Program-made: the position numbers and the translations under genes | Notes under the pieces: generated by a model | What the model was told of the DNA's origin: nothing | The model's input: only the letters and a program-made list of their open reading frames with translations | The model's database searches: none | Assembly: GCF_001598795.1 (NCBI RefSeq) | Contig: NZ_BCZP01000013.1 | Coordinates: 30,001 to 62,000 of the forward strand | Direction of reading: 5' to 3' | Length of the DNA: 32,000 nucleotides | Source of the DNA: Delftia acidovorans NBRC 14950 | Lineage (GTDB): Bacteria; Pseudomonadota; Gammaproteobacteria; Burkholderiales; Burkholderiaceae_C | In this document: piece by piece, positions 17,730-26,276 of the stretch | How positions within the stretch are numbered: position 1 is the first letter of the stretch | How the letters are laid out: every line of letters starts with the position of its first letter

Positions 17730-19124
17730 ATGCGCGCAACCCAAGGATCTGATGTTGTGAAATATGGCTTGAACCATGCCAGCGGTGCTCTTGTTGCGCG
17801 GCTGACCTCCGTGATCCAGCAACACCCCAAGCGTGTCACCGCGGCACTGGCAGCCATCTTGCTCACGGGCGGCGGCGGCGCCTTCGCCGTGGCCAACCTG
17901 GGACCCGATCCGGCCGACCTGCCGGTGCGCATGCTCTCCACGCCCGTGGAATCGCTGGCCGAAGGCCAGACCCTGGCCGAGCTGACCGACAGCGTGCAGG
18001 GCATGTCCCTGTACCGTTCCGAATACACGCGCGGCAGCGACACGGCCGAAACCCTGCTCCAGCGCCTGGGCGTGGCCGATCCGGCCGCTGCCGCCTTCAT
18101 GCGCGGCAACGACCAGGTTCGCCAGCATGTGCTGGGCCGCGCCGGCCGCCTGGTGACGGCCGAGACCACGCCTGATCACCAGTTGTCGCAGCTGACCGTG
18201 CGCTGGGCACCCGACGAGGACGGCAGCTTCCGCCGCCTTGTGGTCGAGCGCAAGAACAATGAACTGAGCACCCGTATCGAGACGGGCAAGCTGACGGCCT
18301 CGCCCCGCCTGGCCGGCGGCATCATCCGCAGCTCGCTGTTCGCCGCCACCGACGCGGCCTCCATCCCCGATGCCGTGGCCATGCAGATGGCCGACATCTT
18401 CCAGGGCGACGTGGACTTCCGCCGCAGCCTGCGCAAGGGCGACCGCTTCTCCGTGGTCTACGAATCGCTGGAAGCCGATGGCGAGCCGCTGCGCGCAGGC
18501 CGCGTGCTCAGCGCCGAGTTCCACAACAACGGCAAGGTCGTGCAGGCGCTGTGGTTCCAGGACGAAGGCAAGGCCAAGGGCGACTACTACACCATGGACG
18601 GCAAGAGCCGCCGCCAGGCCTACCTGACCTCTCCCGTGGAGTTCTCGCGCATCAGCAGCGGCTTTGCCATGCGCATGCACCCCATCCACAAGACCTGGCG
18701 CGCCCACCTGGGCACGGACTTCGCCGCTGCCACGGGCACCAAGGTGCGTACCGTGGGCGACGGCACCGTCTCCTTCGCGGGCGTGCAGAACGGCTATGGC
18801 AACGTGATCTTCGTGGACCACGCCAACAACCACACCACGGTCTACGCCCACCTGAGCCACATCGGCGTCACGCGCGGCCAGCGCGTGGAGCAGGGCGACA
18901 TCATCGGCAACGTGGGCTCCACGGGCTGGGCCACCGGCCCGCACCTGCACTTCGAGTTCCGCGTCAACGGCGAGCACCGCGATCCCATGACCATCGTCCA
19001 GGCCACCGATGCCGCCCGCCCCGTCTCCAAGGCCGGCCGCGCTGCCTTCGACAAGATGGCCGCGCAGATGCGCATCGAGCTGCAGGCATCGAACGAAGCA
19101 CTGGCCCTGGCCAGCGAACGCTGA
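17730..19124 (+). CDS. M23-family peptidoglycan DD-metalloendopeptidase (MepM/YebA-like)
   Basis: M23 signatures are HLGTDFAA...GDGTV, NGYGNVIFVDHANNHTTVYAHLS and GSTGWATGPHLHFEF. An N-terminal hydrophobic anchor (AALAAILLTGGGGAFAV) is present. The start is uncertain: ATG 17730 directly abuts a 7-bp hairpin (17711-17729), and GTG 17757 with an upstream AAGGA is an alternative. Confidence 0.9.
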   Translation: MRATQGSDVVKYGLNHASGALVARLTSVIQQHPKRVTAALAAILLTGGGGAFAVANLGPDPADLPVRMLSTPVESLAEGQTLAELTDSVQGMSLYRSEYTRGSDTAETLLQRLGVADPAAAAFMRGNDQVRQHVLGRAGRLVTAETTPDHQLSQLTVRWAPDEDGSFRRLVVERKNNELSTRIETGKLTASPRLAGGIIRSSLFAATDAASIPDAVAMQMADIFQGDVDFRRSLRKGDRFSVVYESLEADGEPLRAGRVLSAEFHNNGKVVQALWFQDEGKAKGDYYTMDGKSRRQAYLTSPVEFSRISSGFAMRMHPIHKTWRAHLGTDFAAATGTKVRTVGDGTVSFAGVQNGYGNVIFVDHANNHTTVYAHLSHIGVTRGQRVEQGDIIGNVGSTGWATGPHLHFEFRVNGEHRDPMTIVQATDAARPVSKAGRAAFDKMAAQMRIELQASNEALALASER

Positions 19125-19144
19125 GCCACCGCGCTCCCATCCCG

Positions 19145-19175
19145 CAAAGGCTGCCCTGGCAGCCTTTGTTGTTTC
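19145..19175 (+). terminator. Intrinsic terminator of the M23 peptidase gene
   Basis: AAAGGCTGC-CCTG-GCAGCCTTT (9-bp stem) followed by GTTGTTTC, about 20 nt after the stop. Confidence 0.75.
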
Positions 19176-19229
19176 AGGCGCATCCTTTTGTGATCGCGGC
19201 TCCCGGGCCGCAGGGCTACCATTGCCGGC

Positions 19230-20393
19230 ATGAACCAGCCCACCCCCTCCCCCATCGCCCACCGCTACTGCATAGGCCTGATGTCCGGCACCTCGCTTGA
19301 CGGGGTGGACGGCGTGCTTGTGGACTTTGCCGAAGGCACGCAGGTGCTGTGGCATGCCAGCCGGGGGTTCGACGCCGCGCTGCGCGCCGAGCTGCTGGCG
19401 CTGAACACCCCCGATGGCCGCGATGAGCTGCACCGCGCGGCGCTGGCGGCCAATGCGCTGGCGCGCAGCTATGCCGAGGTGGTGCGGGAACTGCTGCAGG
19501 CCACGGGCCTGGCGCCCGCGCAGATCGCCGCCATTGGCGCCCACGGCCAGACCGTGCGCCACCGGCCGCAGATGTTCGACGGCACGGGCTACACCTTGCA
19601 GCTCAACAGCCCGGCCCTGCTGGCCGAGCTCAGCGGCGTTGCCGTGGTGGCCGACCTGCGCAGCCGCGATGTGGCCGCTGGCGGCCAGGGCGCGCCGCTG
19701 GTGCCCGCCTTCCACCAGGGCGTGTTCGGTCGGCACGGCGAGACGGTGCTGGTGCTCAACATCGGCGGCATTGCCAATCTCAGCGTGCTGGCGGGTGATG
19801 GCCATGGCGACCACGACTCGGTGCTGGGCTTCGACTGCGGCCCCGGCAATGCGCTGATGGACGGTTGGTGCCAGGCGCACACGGGCCAGCCCTATGACGA
19901 CGGCGGCCAATGGGCGGCCACGGGCCAGGTGCTGCCCGCCCTGCTCGACCGCCTGCTGGCCGAGCCTTTCCTGCAGCAGCCGCCGCCCAAGAGCACGGGG
20001 CGCGACCTGTTCCATGACGACTGGCTGGCCGGCCATCTTTCCGCCAGTGCAACCAGCGCCGCCGATGCCCGCCCCGCCGACGTGCAGGCCACGCTCACCG
20101 AATTCACGGCCCGCACCTGCGCCGATGCCGTGCAGCGCTTCGGGCATGGCGGCGGCGAGCTGCTGGTCTGCGGCGGAGGCGCCTTCAACACGCAACTGAT
20201 GCGGCGCATCGCCGCCTTGCTGCCTGGCGTGGCCGTGGACACCACGGCCGCGCGCGGCCTGCCGCCTCAGCAGGTGGAGGCCGCCGCCTTTGCCTGGCTG
20301 GCGCGCCAGGCCCTGCTGGGCCTGCCCGGCAACCTGCCCGCCGTGACGGGCGCACGCGGCCCGCGCATCCTGGGCGCCATCCACCCCGCATGA
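19230..20393 (+). CDS. anmK: Anhydro-N-acetylmuramic acid kinase
   Basis: The hallmark N-terminus is IGLMSGTSLDGVDGVLV. Also present are HGQTVRH, GGQGAPLVPAFH, NIGGIANLS, PPKSTGRDLF and the C-terminal LPGNLPAVTGA. The protein is collinear with E. coli AnmK as I remember it. Confidence 0.93.
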   Translation: MNQPTPSPIAHRYCIGLMSGTSLDGVDGVLVDFAEGTQVLWHASRGFDAALRAELLALNTPDGRDELHRAALAANALARSYAEVVRELLQATGLAPAQIAAIGAHGQTVRHRPQMFDGTGYTLQLNSPALLAELSGVAVVADLRSRDVAAGGQGAPLVPAFHQGVFGRHGETVLVLNIGGIANLSVLAGDGHGDHDSVLGFDCGPGNALMDGWCQAHTGQPYDDGGQWAATGQVLPALLDRLLAEPFLQQPPPKSTGRDLFHDDWLAGHLSASATSAADARPADVQATLTEFTARTCADAVQRFGHGGGELLVCGGGAFNTQLMRRIAALLPGVAVDTTAARGLPPQQVEAAAFAWLARQALLGLPGNLPAVTGARGPRILGAIHPA

Positions 20394-20415
20394 GTAACGC
20401 GGAAAAGCAGCGCCA

Positions 20416-20456
20416 GCAAAAAGGCCCGCGCAAGGCATTGCTGCCAGGCGCGGGCC
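20416..20456 (-). terminator. Intrinsic terminator of the purine permease gene, between convergent genes
   Basis: GGCCCGCGC (20423-20431) and GCGCGGGCC (20448-20456) form a 9-bp stem with a 16-nt loop. On the minus strand the stem is followed by TTTTTGC. Confidence 0.55.
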
Positions 20457-20480
20457 CCCCACCAAAAACAGTGCGCTACG

Positions 20481-21779
20481 TCAGCCGCCGATATAGACGA
20501 ACTTGAAGAGGAAGACGCCGCCGATCAGCCACACCATCCAGTGCACTTCCTTGGCGCGCCCCGTGAACAGCTTGAGCACTGCATAGGTGATGAAGCCGAA
20601 GGCCAGGCCATTGGCCACCGAGTAGGTGAAGGGCATGAGCAGGGCCGTGACGGCAGCGGGGATGGCCTCGGTGGTCTCGCCCCATTCGATCTCGGTCAGC
20701 TCCTTGAGCATCAGGCAGGCCACGAAGAACAGCGCGGGCGCCGTGGCGTAGCCGGGCACCACGCCGGCCAGCGGCGACAGGAACAGGCAGCACAGGAAGA
20801 GCACGGCCACGGTCAGCGCCGTCAGGCCCGTGCGGCCGCCCGCTTGCACACCGGCCGCGCTTTCCACGTAGGCCGTGGTGCTGGAGGTGCCCAGCAGCGA
20901 GCCCGCGAAGATGGCGCCGCTGTCGGCCAGCAGCGAGCGGTTGAAGCGGCCCATGCGGCTGGGCACCAGCAGGCCGGCGCGCTTGGCCACGCCCATCAGC
21001 GTGCCCGTGGCATCGAACAGCTCGACCAGGAAGAACACCAGCACCACGTTGAGGATGCCGCCCGTCAGCGCGGACTTGATGTCCAGCTGCAGGAAGGTGG
21101 GCGCAATGGAGGGCGGCGCCGAGAACACGCCGTGGAACTCGTTGCCTGCGAAGAAGAACGAGGCCACGGTGACCGCGACGATACCGATCAGAATGGCGCC
21201 CGGCACCTTCAGGCGGTCCAGCACCACGATGATCAGAAAGCCCAGCGAGGCCAGGATGACTTCGGGCTTGTGCAGGTCGCCCAGCGTCACGAAGGTGGCC
21301 GGCGATGCCGCGACGATGCCCGCGCTCTTGAGCGCGATCAGCGCCAGGAACAGGCCGATGCCCACGGTGATCGCTATGCGTATGGACTGCGGTATGCCCT
21401 TGATGATCAGCTCCCGCAGGCCGAACAGCGTCACCAGCAGGAACAGGCAGCCCGAGACGAAGACCGCGCCCAGCGCGGCCTGCCAGGTGAAGCCCATGTG
21501 CAGCACCACCACGTAGGCGAAGTAGGCGTTCAGGCCCATGCCCGGCGCCAGCGCGATGGGATAGTTGGCGTACAGCGCCATGATGGTCGTGCCCAGCGCC
21601 GCGATCAGGCAGGTGGCCACGAAGACGGCCCCCTTGGGCATCCCCGCATCCCCCAGGATCGAGGGATTGACGAAGATGATGTAGGCCATCGTCAGAAAGG
21701 TCGTCAGGCCCGCGACCAGCTCGGTTCTTACATTGGTGCCGTGCTCACTGAGCTTGAACACCCGTTCCATCCAGTTCAT
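20481..21779 (-). CDS. NCS2/AzgA-family purine permease (adenine/guanine/hypoxanthine type)
   Basis: ORF-track entry 20481..22190 is trimmed to ATG 21779 (MNWMERVFKLSEHGTNVRTELVAGLTTFLTMAYIIFVNP), which has GGAG 8 nt upstream. It is a polytopic membrane protein of about 432 aa. The N-terminal motif resembles E. coli GhxP/AdeP-type permeases. Confidence 0.9.
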   Translation of the reverse strand: MNWMERVFKLSEHGTNVRTELVAGLTTFLTMAYIIFVNPSILGDAGMPKGAVFVATCLIAALGTTIMALYANYPIALAPGMGLNAYFAYVVVLHMGFTWQAALGAVFVSGCLFLLVTLFGLRELIIKGIPQSIRIAITVGIGLFLALIALKSAGIVAASPATFVTLGDLHKPEVILASLGFLIIVVLDRLKVPGAILIGIVAVTVASFFFAGNEFHGVFSAPPSIAPTFLQLDIKSALTGGILNVVLVFFLVELFDATGTLMGVAKRAGLLVPSRMGRFNRSLLADSGAIFAGSLLGTSSTTAYVESAAGVQAGGRTGLTALTVAVLFLCCLFLSPLAGVVPGYATAPALFFVACLMLKELTEIEWGETTEAIPAAVTALLMPFTYSVANGLAFGFITYAVLKLFTGRAKEVHWMVWLIGGVFLFKFVYIGG

Positions 21780-21955
21780 CGCATTGTCTCCGTGTTGTTT
21801 TCGCATGCGGGGCGCAACGGTTGTGAAAGCGCCCAGGGTTGAGCACCGGCTGTCCAGGCCGGCACAAGGCATGGCACCCTGCCGGGCAGCCATGGACCTG
21901 GTGGCGCGCATCGCTGCGCGCGGATTCAAGGAATGAGGGGGCGGCGCCGGTCCGC

Positions 21956-24382
21956 TCAGCTCCCGGCGGCCTGCACGGCCTCGATGGCGCGCAGGATGGA
22001 TTCCGGCGTGGCCGGCGACTGCAGCGGCGGGTTGCTGCGGTGCCCGCCCGCAGCCGAGACGGCATCGCGGATGGCGAAGAACACCGAGAACGGCAGCAGC
22101 AGCGGCGGCTCGCCCACGGCCTTGCTGCGGTGGATGGAGTCCTCGAAGTTGTCGCCCTCGAACAGCCGCACGTTGAACACGGGCGGGCAATCATTGGCCG
22201 TCGGGATCTTGTAGGTGCTGGGCGCGTGCGTGGTGAGCTTGCCGCTTTGCGGGTGCCAGACCAGCTCCTCCGTGGTCAGCCAGCCCATGCCCTGGATGAA
22301 GGCGCCCTCGACCTGGCCCACGTCCACGGCCGGGTTCAGCGAGCGGCCCACGTCGTGCAGCACATCGGCGCGCAGCAGCTTGAACTCGCCGGTCAGCGTG
22401 TCCACCACCACCTCGCTCACGGCGGCGCCGTAGGCGTAGTAGAAGAAGGGCCGGCCCTGCATGGTGTCCTTGTTCCACGACAGGCCGGGCGTGGCATAGA
22501 AGCCGTCGGACCACAGCTGCACGCGCTCGATGTAGGCCTCGCCCACCACGGCCTTGAAATCCAGCACCTTGCCGTTGACGTGGACCTGGTCATTGGCAAA
22601 ACGCACGTCCTCCGCACGGCCGCCATGGCGCTCGGCGGCGCAGGCGGCCAGGCGCTCGCGGATCTGGCGCGCCGCGTCCTGCGCGGCCTTGCCATTGAGG
22701 TCGGCCCCCGTCGATGCCGCCGTGGCCGAGGTGTTGGCCACCTTGGTGGTGTCGGTGGCCGTGACGCGCACGCGCCCGAAGCCCACGCCCAGCTCATGCG
22801 CCACGACCTGGGCCACCTTGGTGTTCAGGCCCTGGCCCATCTCGGTGCCGCCGTGGTTCACGAGGATGGAGCCGTCGTTGTAGACATGGACCAGGGCGCC
22901 GGCCTGGTTGAAGTGCTTGACGTTGAAGGAGATGCCGAACTTGAGCGGCGTCAGCGACAGGCCGCGCTTGAGCACGGGGCTGGCCGCGTTGAACTCGGCG
23001 ATGGCATCGCGGCGCGCGCGGTAGTCGCTGCAGGTCTCCAGCTCGGCCACCAGCTCGTGGATCACGTTGTCGGTCACGACCTGGCTGTAGGGCGTGACAT
23101 TGCGCTCGGTCTTGCCGTAGAAGTTGACGCGGCGCACATCGAGCGCATCGCGCCCCAGCTCGCGCGCCACCGTCTCCATGATGTTCTCGATGGCGATCGC
23201 GCCCTGCGGGCCGCCGAAGCCGCGGAACGCCGTATTGCTCTGCGTATTGGTCTTGCCGGAGTAGCCGTGCATGGACACATCGGGCAGCCAGTACGTGTTG
23301 TCGAAGTGGCACAGCGCGCGCGTCATCACGGGGCCGGACAGGTCGGCCGAGTGGCCGGCGCGCGAGACCATGGAGATCTCGGCACCCAGGATGCGGCCCT
23401 CGTCGTCGTAGCCCACCTCGTACTCGTACCAGAAGCAGTGGCGGCGGCCCGTGATCATGAAGTCGTCATCGCGGTCCAGGCGCAGCTTGACGGGCCGGCG
23501 CAGCCGCGTCGCGGCCACCGAGGCCACGCAGGCGAACAGGGCCGACTGCGACTCCTTGCCGCCGAAGCCGCCGCCCATGCGGCGGCACTCCACATGCACG
23601 GCGTGCGAGGCCACGCCCAGCGCATGCGCCACCAGGTGCTGCATCTCGCTGGGATGCTGGGTGGAGCAGTACAGGTGGACGGCGCCGTCCTCCTTGGGAA
23701 TGGCGTAGCTGATCTGGCCTTCCAGGTAGAACTGCTCCTGGCCGCCCACGTAGAACGATGACTTCAGGCGGTGCGGCGCCTCGTCCATGGCGCGGCGCGC
23801 GCCGCCTTCATTCGTGCTGCGCGCCAGGTGCATGGGCGGCAGCACGTACTGGCCCAGCTCATGCGCCTGCTGGGGCGTGAGCACGGGCGGCTCGGCCGTG
23901 ATGTCGGCCGCCGCCTTGGCCTGGGCCGCAACCAGGCGCGCAGCCTCGCGGCTTTCGGCGATCACGGCGAACAGCGGCTGGCCCAGGTAGCGGATCTCGC
24001 CGCTGCACAGGATGGGGTCGTCGTGGATGATGGAGCCGCAGTCGTTGACGCCGGGAATGTCCTCGCCCGTGAGCACGGCCACCACGCCGGGCATGGCGCG
24101 GATGGCATCCAGCCTGAGCGCATTGAGCCGGCCATTGGCCACGGGCGACAGGCCCAGCGCACAGTGCAGCGTGCCGTCCAGCTCGGGCAGGTCGTCGATG
24201 TAGGCGGCCTCGCCGGCCACATGCAGATGGGCCGATTCATGCGGGCGGCTGATGCCAACGCGCTGGCCCTGGGTGTGGGCACCGGCCTCGGCGCGCTCGT
24301 CCACGCGGAAGGCGGTGTTCTTCAGGTAATGCGCAAAGGCCTCGGACGAGTGCAGCAGGGAGGGATCGATGGGGCGGTTCAT
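21956..24382 (-). CDS. xdhB: Xanthine dehydrogenase, molybdopterin-binding large subunit
   Basis: ATG 24382 (MNRPIDP...) has AAGGAG 6 nt upstream and lies 1 nt after the xdhA stop. RVGISRPHESAHLHVAGEAAYIDDLPE is the typical XdhB N-terminus, and aldehyde oxidase/xanthine dehydrogenase Moco domains run throughout. About 808 aa. Confidence 0.95.
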   Translation of the reverse strand: MNRPIDPSLLHSSEAFAHYLKNTAFRVDERAEAGAHTQGQRVGISRPHESAHLHVAGEAAYIDDLPELDGTLHCALGLSPVANGRLNALRLDAIRAMPGVVAVLTGEDIPGVNDCGSIIHDDPILCSGEIRYLGQPLFAVIAESREAARLVAAQAKAAADITAEPPVLTPQQAHELGQYVLPPMHLARSTNEGGARRAMDEAPHRLKSSFYVGGQEQFYLEGQISYAIPKEDGAVHLYCSTQHPSEMQHLVAHALGVASHAVHVECRRMGGGFGGKESQSALFACVASVAATRLRRPVKLRLDRDDDFMITGRRHCFWYEYEVGYDDEGRILGAEISMVSRAGHSADLSGPVMTRALCHFDNTYWLPDVSMHGYSGKTNTQSNTAFRGFGGPQGAIAIENIMETVARELGRDALDVRRVNFYGKTERNVTPYSQVVTDNVIHELVAELETCSDYRARRDAIAEFNAASPVLKRGLSLTPLKFGISFNVKHFNQAGALVHVYNDGSILVNHGGTEMGQGLNTKVAQVVAHELGVGFGRVRVTATDTTKVANTSATAASTGADLNGKAAQDAARQIRERLAACAAERHGGRAEDVRFANDQVHVNGKVLDFKAVVGEAYIERVQLWSDGFYATPGLSWNKDTMQGRPFFYYAYGAAVSEVVVDTLTGEFKLLRADVLHDVGRSLNPAVDVGQVEGAFIQGMGWLTTEELVWHPQSGKLTTHAPSTYKIPTANDCPPVFNVRLFEGDNFEDSIHRSKAVGEPPLLLPFSVFFAIRDAVSAAGGHRSNPPLQSPATPESILRAIEAVQAAGS

Positions 24383-24383
24383 T

Positions 24384-25997
24384 TCAGGCTCCTTGGTGCA
24401 CTGCATGGGGCATCACGCTCCAGACGCTGGTGGCCTGCAGCGGCAGCGGCTGCTGCGGACGTGTCTCCAGCCACAGGCGCTGCAGCAGGTTCTGCGCCAC
24501 CTTGAGCCGGTAGTCGGCACTGGCGCGCATGTCGGACATGGGCTTGAAGTCCTGGGCCAGCGCGGCCTGGGCGGCCTTCACTGCGGCCTGGTCCCAGGGC
24601 TGGCCCACGATGGCCGCCTCCGCCAGGGCCGCACGCTTGACCACGGCGGCCATGCCGCCAAAGGCCAGGCGGGCGGACTTCACCACGTCGCCATCGAGCT
24701 CGATGGCCAGCCCCGCGCACAGCGCCGAGATGTCGCAGTCAAAGCGCTTGCTGATCTTGTAGGCACGGGTCTGGCGCCGTGCAGCGTCCAGCGGCACGGC
24801 CAGTGCCTGCACGAACTCGCCCGGTTCCAGCTGGTTCTTCATGTAGTCCAGATAGAAGTCATGCAGCGGCATGCGGCGCACGCGCGCGCCCTTGCGCAGC
24901 TCGATCTGCGCATCCAGCGCCATCAGCACGGGCGGGGAGTCGCCAATGGGCGAGCCATTGGCCACGTTGCCGCCCATGGTGCCTGCATGGCGGATGGGCA
25001 CGGAGGCAAAGCGCAGCCAGACATCAGTCAGCCCTTCGAAGCGCTGCGACAGCGCCGACCAGGCCGATTCCAGCGAGGCACCGGCGCCGATGTACAGCTC
25101 GCCGCCTTCCAGGCTGCCCGCGCCGCGGCGCTCCTCGACGCGCTTCATCTCGGCCACGTCGCCCACATAGACGATGTCGCCCAGGTCGCGGAACTGCTTG
25201 GTCACCCACAGCCCCACATCGGTGGAGCCTGCCAGCAGCCGCGCGCGGGGCTTGGCCTCGCACACGGCGGCCAGCTCGTCCAGCGTGCGCGGAGCGTGGA
25301 AGCTGTCCACACGGCCGTCCTGGGCGGCGTTGGGCGCGGCGTAGTCCAAGCCGGCATCCTGCGCGCGCAGGCCCTGCAGTGCCTGCACCACGGGTTCGGT
25401 GGCCATGCGCGTGGCGGGCAGGTCGAACATGCGCTGGCCTGCGTCCAGGATGGGACGGTAGCCCGTGCAGCGGCACAGATTGCCCGACAGCTCGTCGGCC
25501 AGCTGCTGGCGCGAGGGGCGCGTGCCGGCCTGCTGGTGGTGCTCGTAGGCCGACCACAGCGACATCACGAACCCCGGCGTGCAAAAGCCGCACTGCGAGC
25601 CGTGACAGTCCACCAGCGCCTGCTGCACGGGATGCAGCTCGGCACCGCCCGCAGGCTTGCCCGTGGCACAGCCCTGCTTGCCGGCGCATTGGCCCTTGAC
25701 GTCCTCCACCGTGAACAGCGCCTTGCCGTGCAGCGTGGGCAGGAACTGGATGCAGGCATTGACCGTCTGCAGCTGCAGGCCGCCCACGGCGTCGGGCGCG
25801 CCGTCTTCGGCCAGCTCGGCGATGACCACGGTGCAGGCGCCGCAGTCACCTTCGTTGCAGCCCTCCTTGGTGCCGGTGCAGCGCGCGTCGCCGCGCAGCC
25901 AGTCCAGCACCGAGCGCGTGGGATGCGGCCCCTGTACCTCGACGATCTGGCCGCGGTGATAGAAGCGGATGGGTTGGGAACTGGGGCTCTGGCTCAT
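24384..25997 (-). CDS. xdhA: Xanthine dehydrogenase, [2Fe-2S]/FAD-binding small subunit
   Basis: The two ferredoxin cluster motifs are GCNEGDCGACTV and CHGSQCGFCTPG. An FAD-binding domain (LLAGSTDVGLWVTK) follows. ATG 25997 (MSQSPSSQPIRFYHRG) is preferred, with GTG 26039 as an alternative; neither has a strong SD. Confidence 0.93.
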   Translation of the reverse strand: MSQSPSSQPIRFYHRGQIVEVQGPHPTRSVLDWLRGDARCTGTKEGCNEGDCGACTVVIAELAEDGAPDAVGGLQLQTVNACIQFLPTLHGKALFTVEDVKGQCAGKQGCATGKPAGGAELHPVQQALVDCHGSQCGFCTPGFVMSLWSAYEHHQQAGTRPSRQQLADELSGNLCRCTGYRPILDAGQRMFDLPATRMATEPVVQALQGLRAQDAGLDYAAPNAAQDGRVDSFHAPRTLDELAAVCEAKPRARLLAGSTDVGLWVTKQFRDLGDIVYVGDVAEMKRVEERRGAGSLEGGELYIGAGASLESAWSALSQRFEGLTDVWLRFASVPIRHAGTMGGNVANGSPIGDSPPVLMALDAQIELRKGARVRRMPLHDFYLDYMKNQLEPGEFVQALAVPLDAARRQTRAYKISKRFDCDISALCAGLAIELDGDVVKSARLAFGGMAAVVKRAALAEAAIVGQPWDQAAVKAAQAALAQDFKPMSDMRASADYRLKVAQNLLQRLWLETRPQQPLPLQATSVWSVMPHAVHQGA

Positions 25998-26039
25998 GCT
26001 CGTGGGGGCAACTGCTGGTGCGTGGACTGTTCGGATCAC

Positions 26040-26115
26040 GACTTACGCAAATTCCGAGGAAGAAAGCCGCTGGCCCTGTGGCGATGGCGTGTTTGCGTTC
26101 TTGCTTGCGTAAGTC
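26040..26115. promoter_or_regulatory. 11-bp perfect inverted repeat pair in the xdhA upstream region
   Basis: GACTTACGCAA (26040-26050) and TTGCGTAAGTC (26105-26115) are separated by 54 nt. An extra TTGCGT copy lies at 26093-26098. Confidence 0.35.
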
Positions 26116-26276
26116 CTGCGGATGTACCCGAGATTAAGTCCAGCCCCGCCCAAACGCATAAGACGGCCTCGATATTTCCTATGCGGGCTGCCATATATCC
26201 TTGTCAAAAACAAGGGTAAACCCGCAACAAAAGTGTGGATTGCAGCGGTTCAGGGTTCAAAAGGTATGCACAGCCC

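Noticed and set aside
21780-21955. Purine riboswitch upstream of the purine permease
   Set aside because: I could not find the conserved three-way junction or loop motifs of the purine riboswitch. The spacer shows only short GC hairpins and probably just separates co-directional xdhB and the permease.
26091-26098. GTTTGCGT resembles one half of the E. coli PurR operator (ACGCAAAC-GTTTGCGT)
   Set aside because: Only a half-site is present and no 16-bp palindrome exists. LacI-type PurR regulation is not established for this lineage, so I treat it as part of the TTGCGT repeat observation, not as a PurR box.
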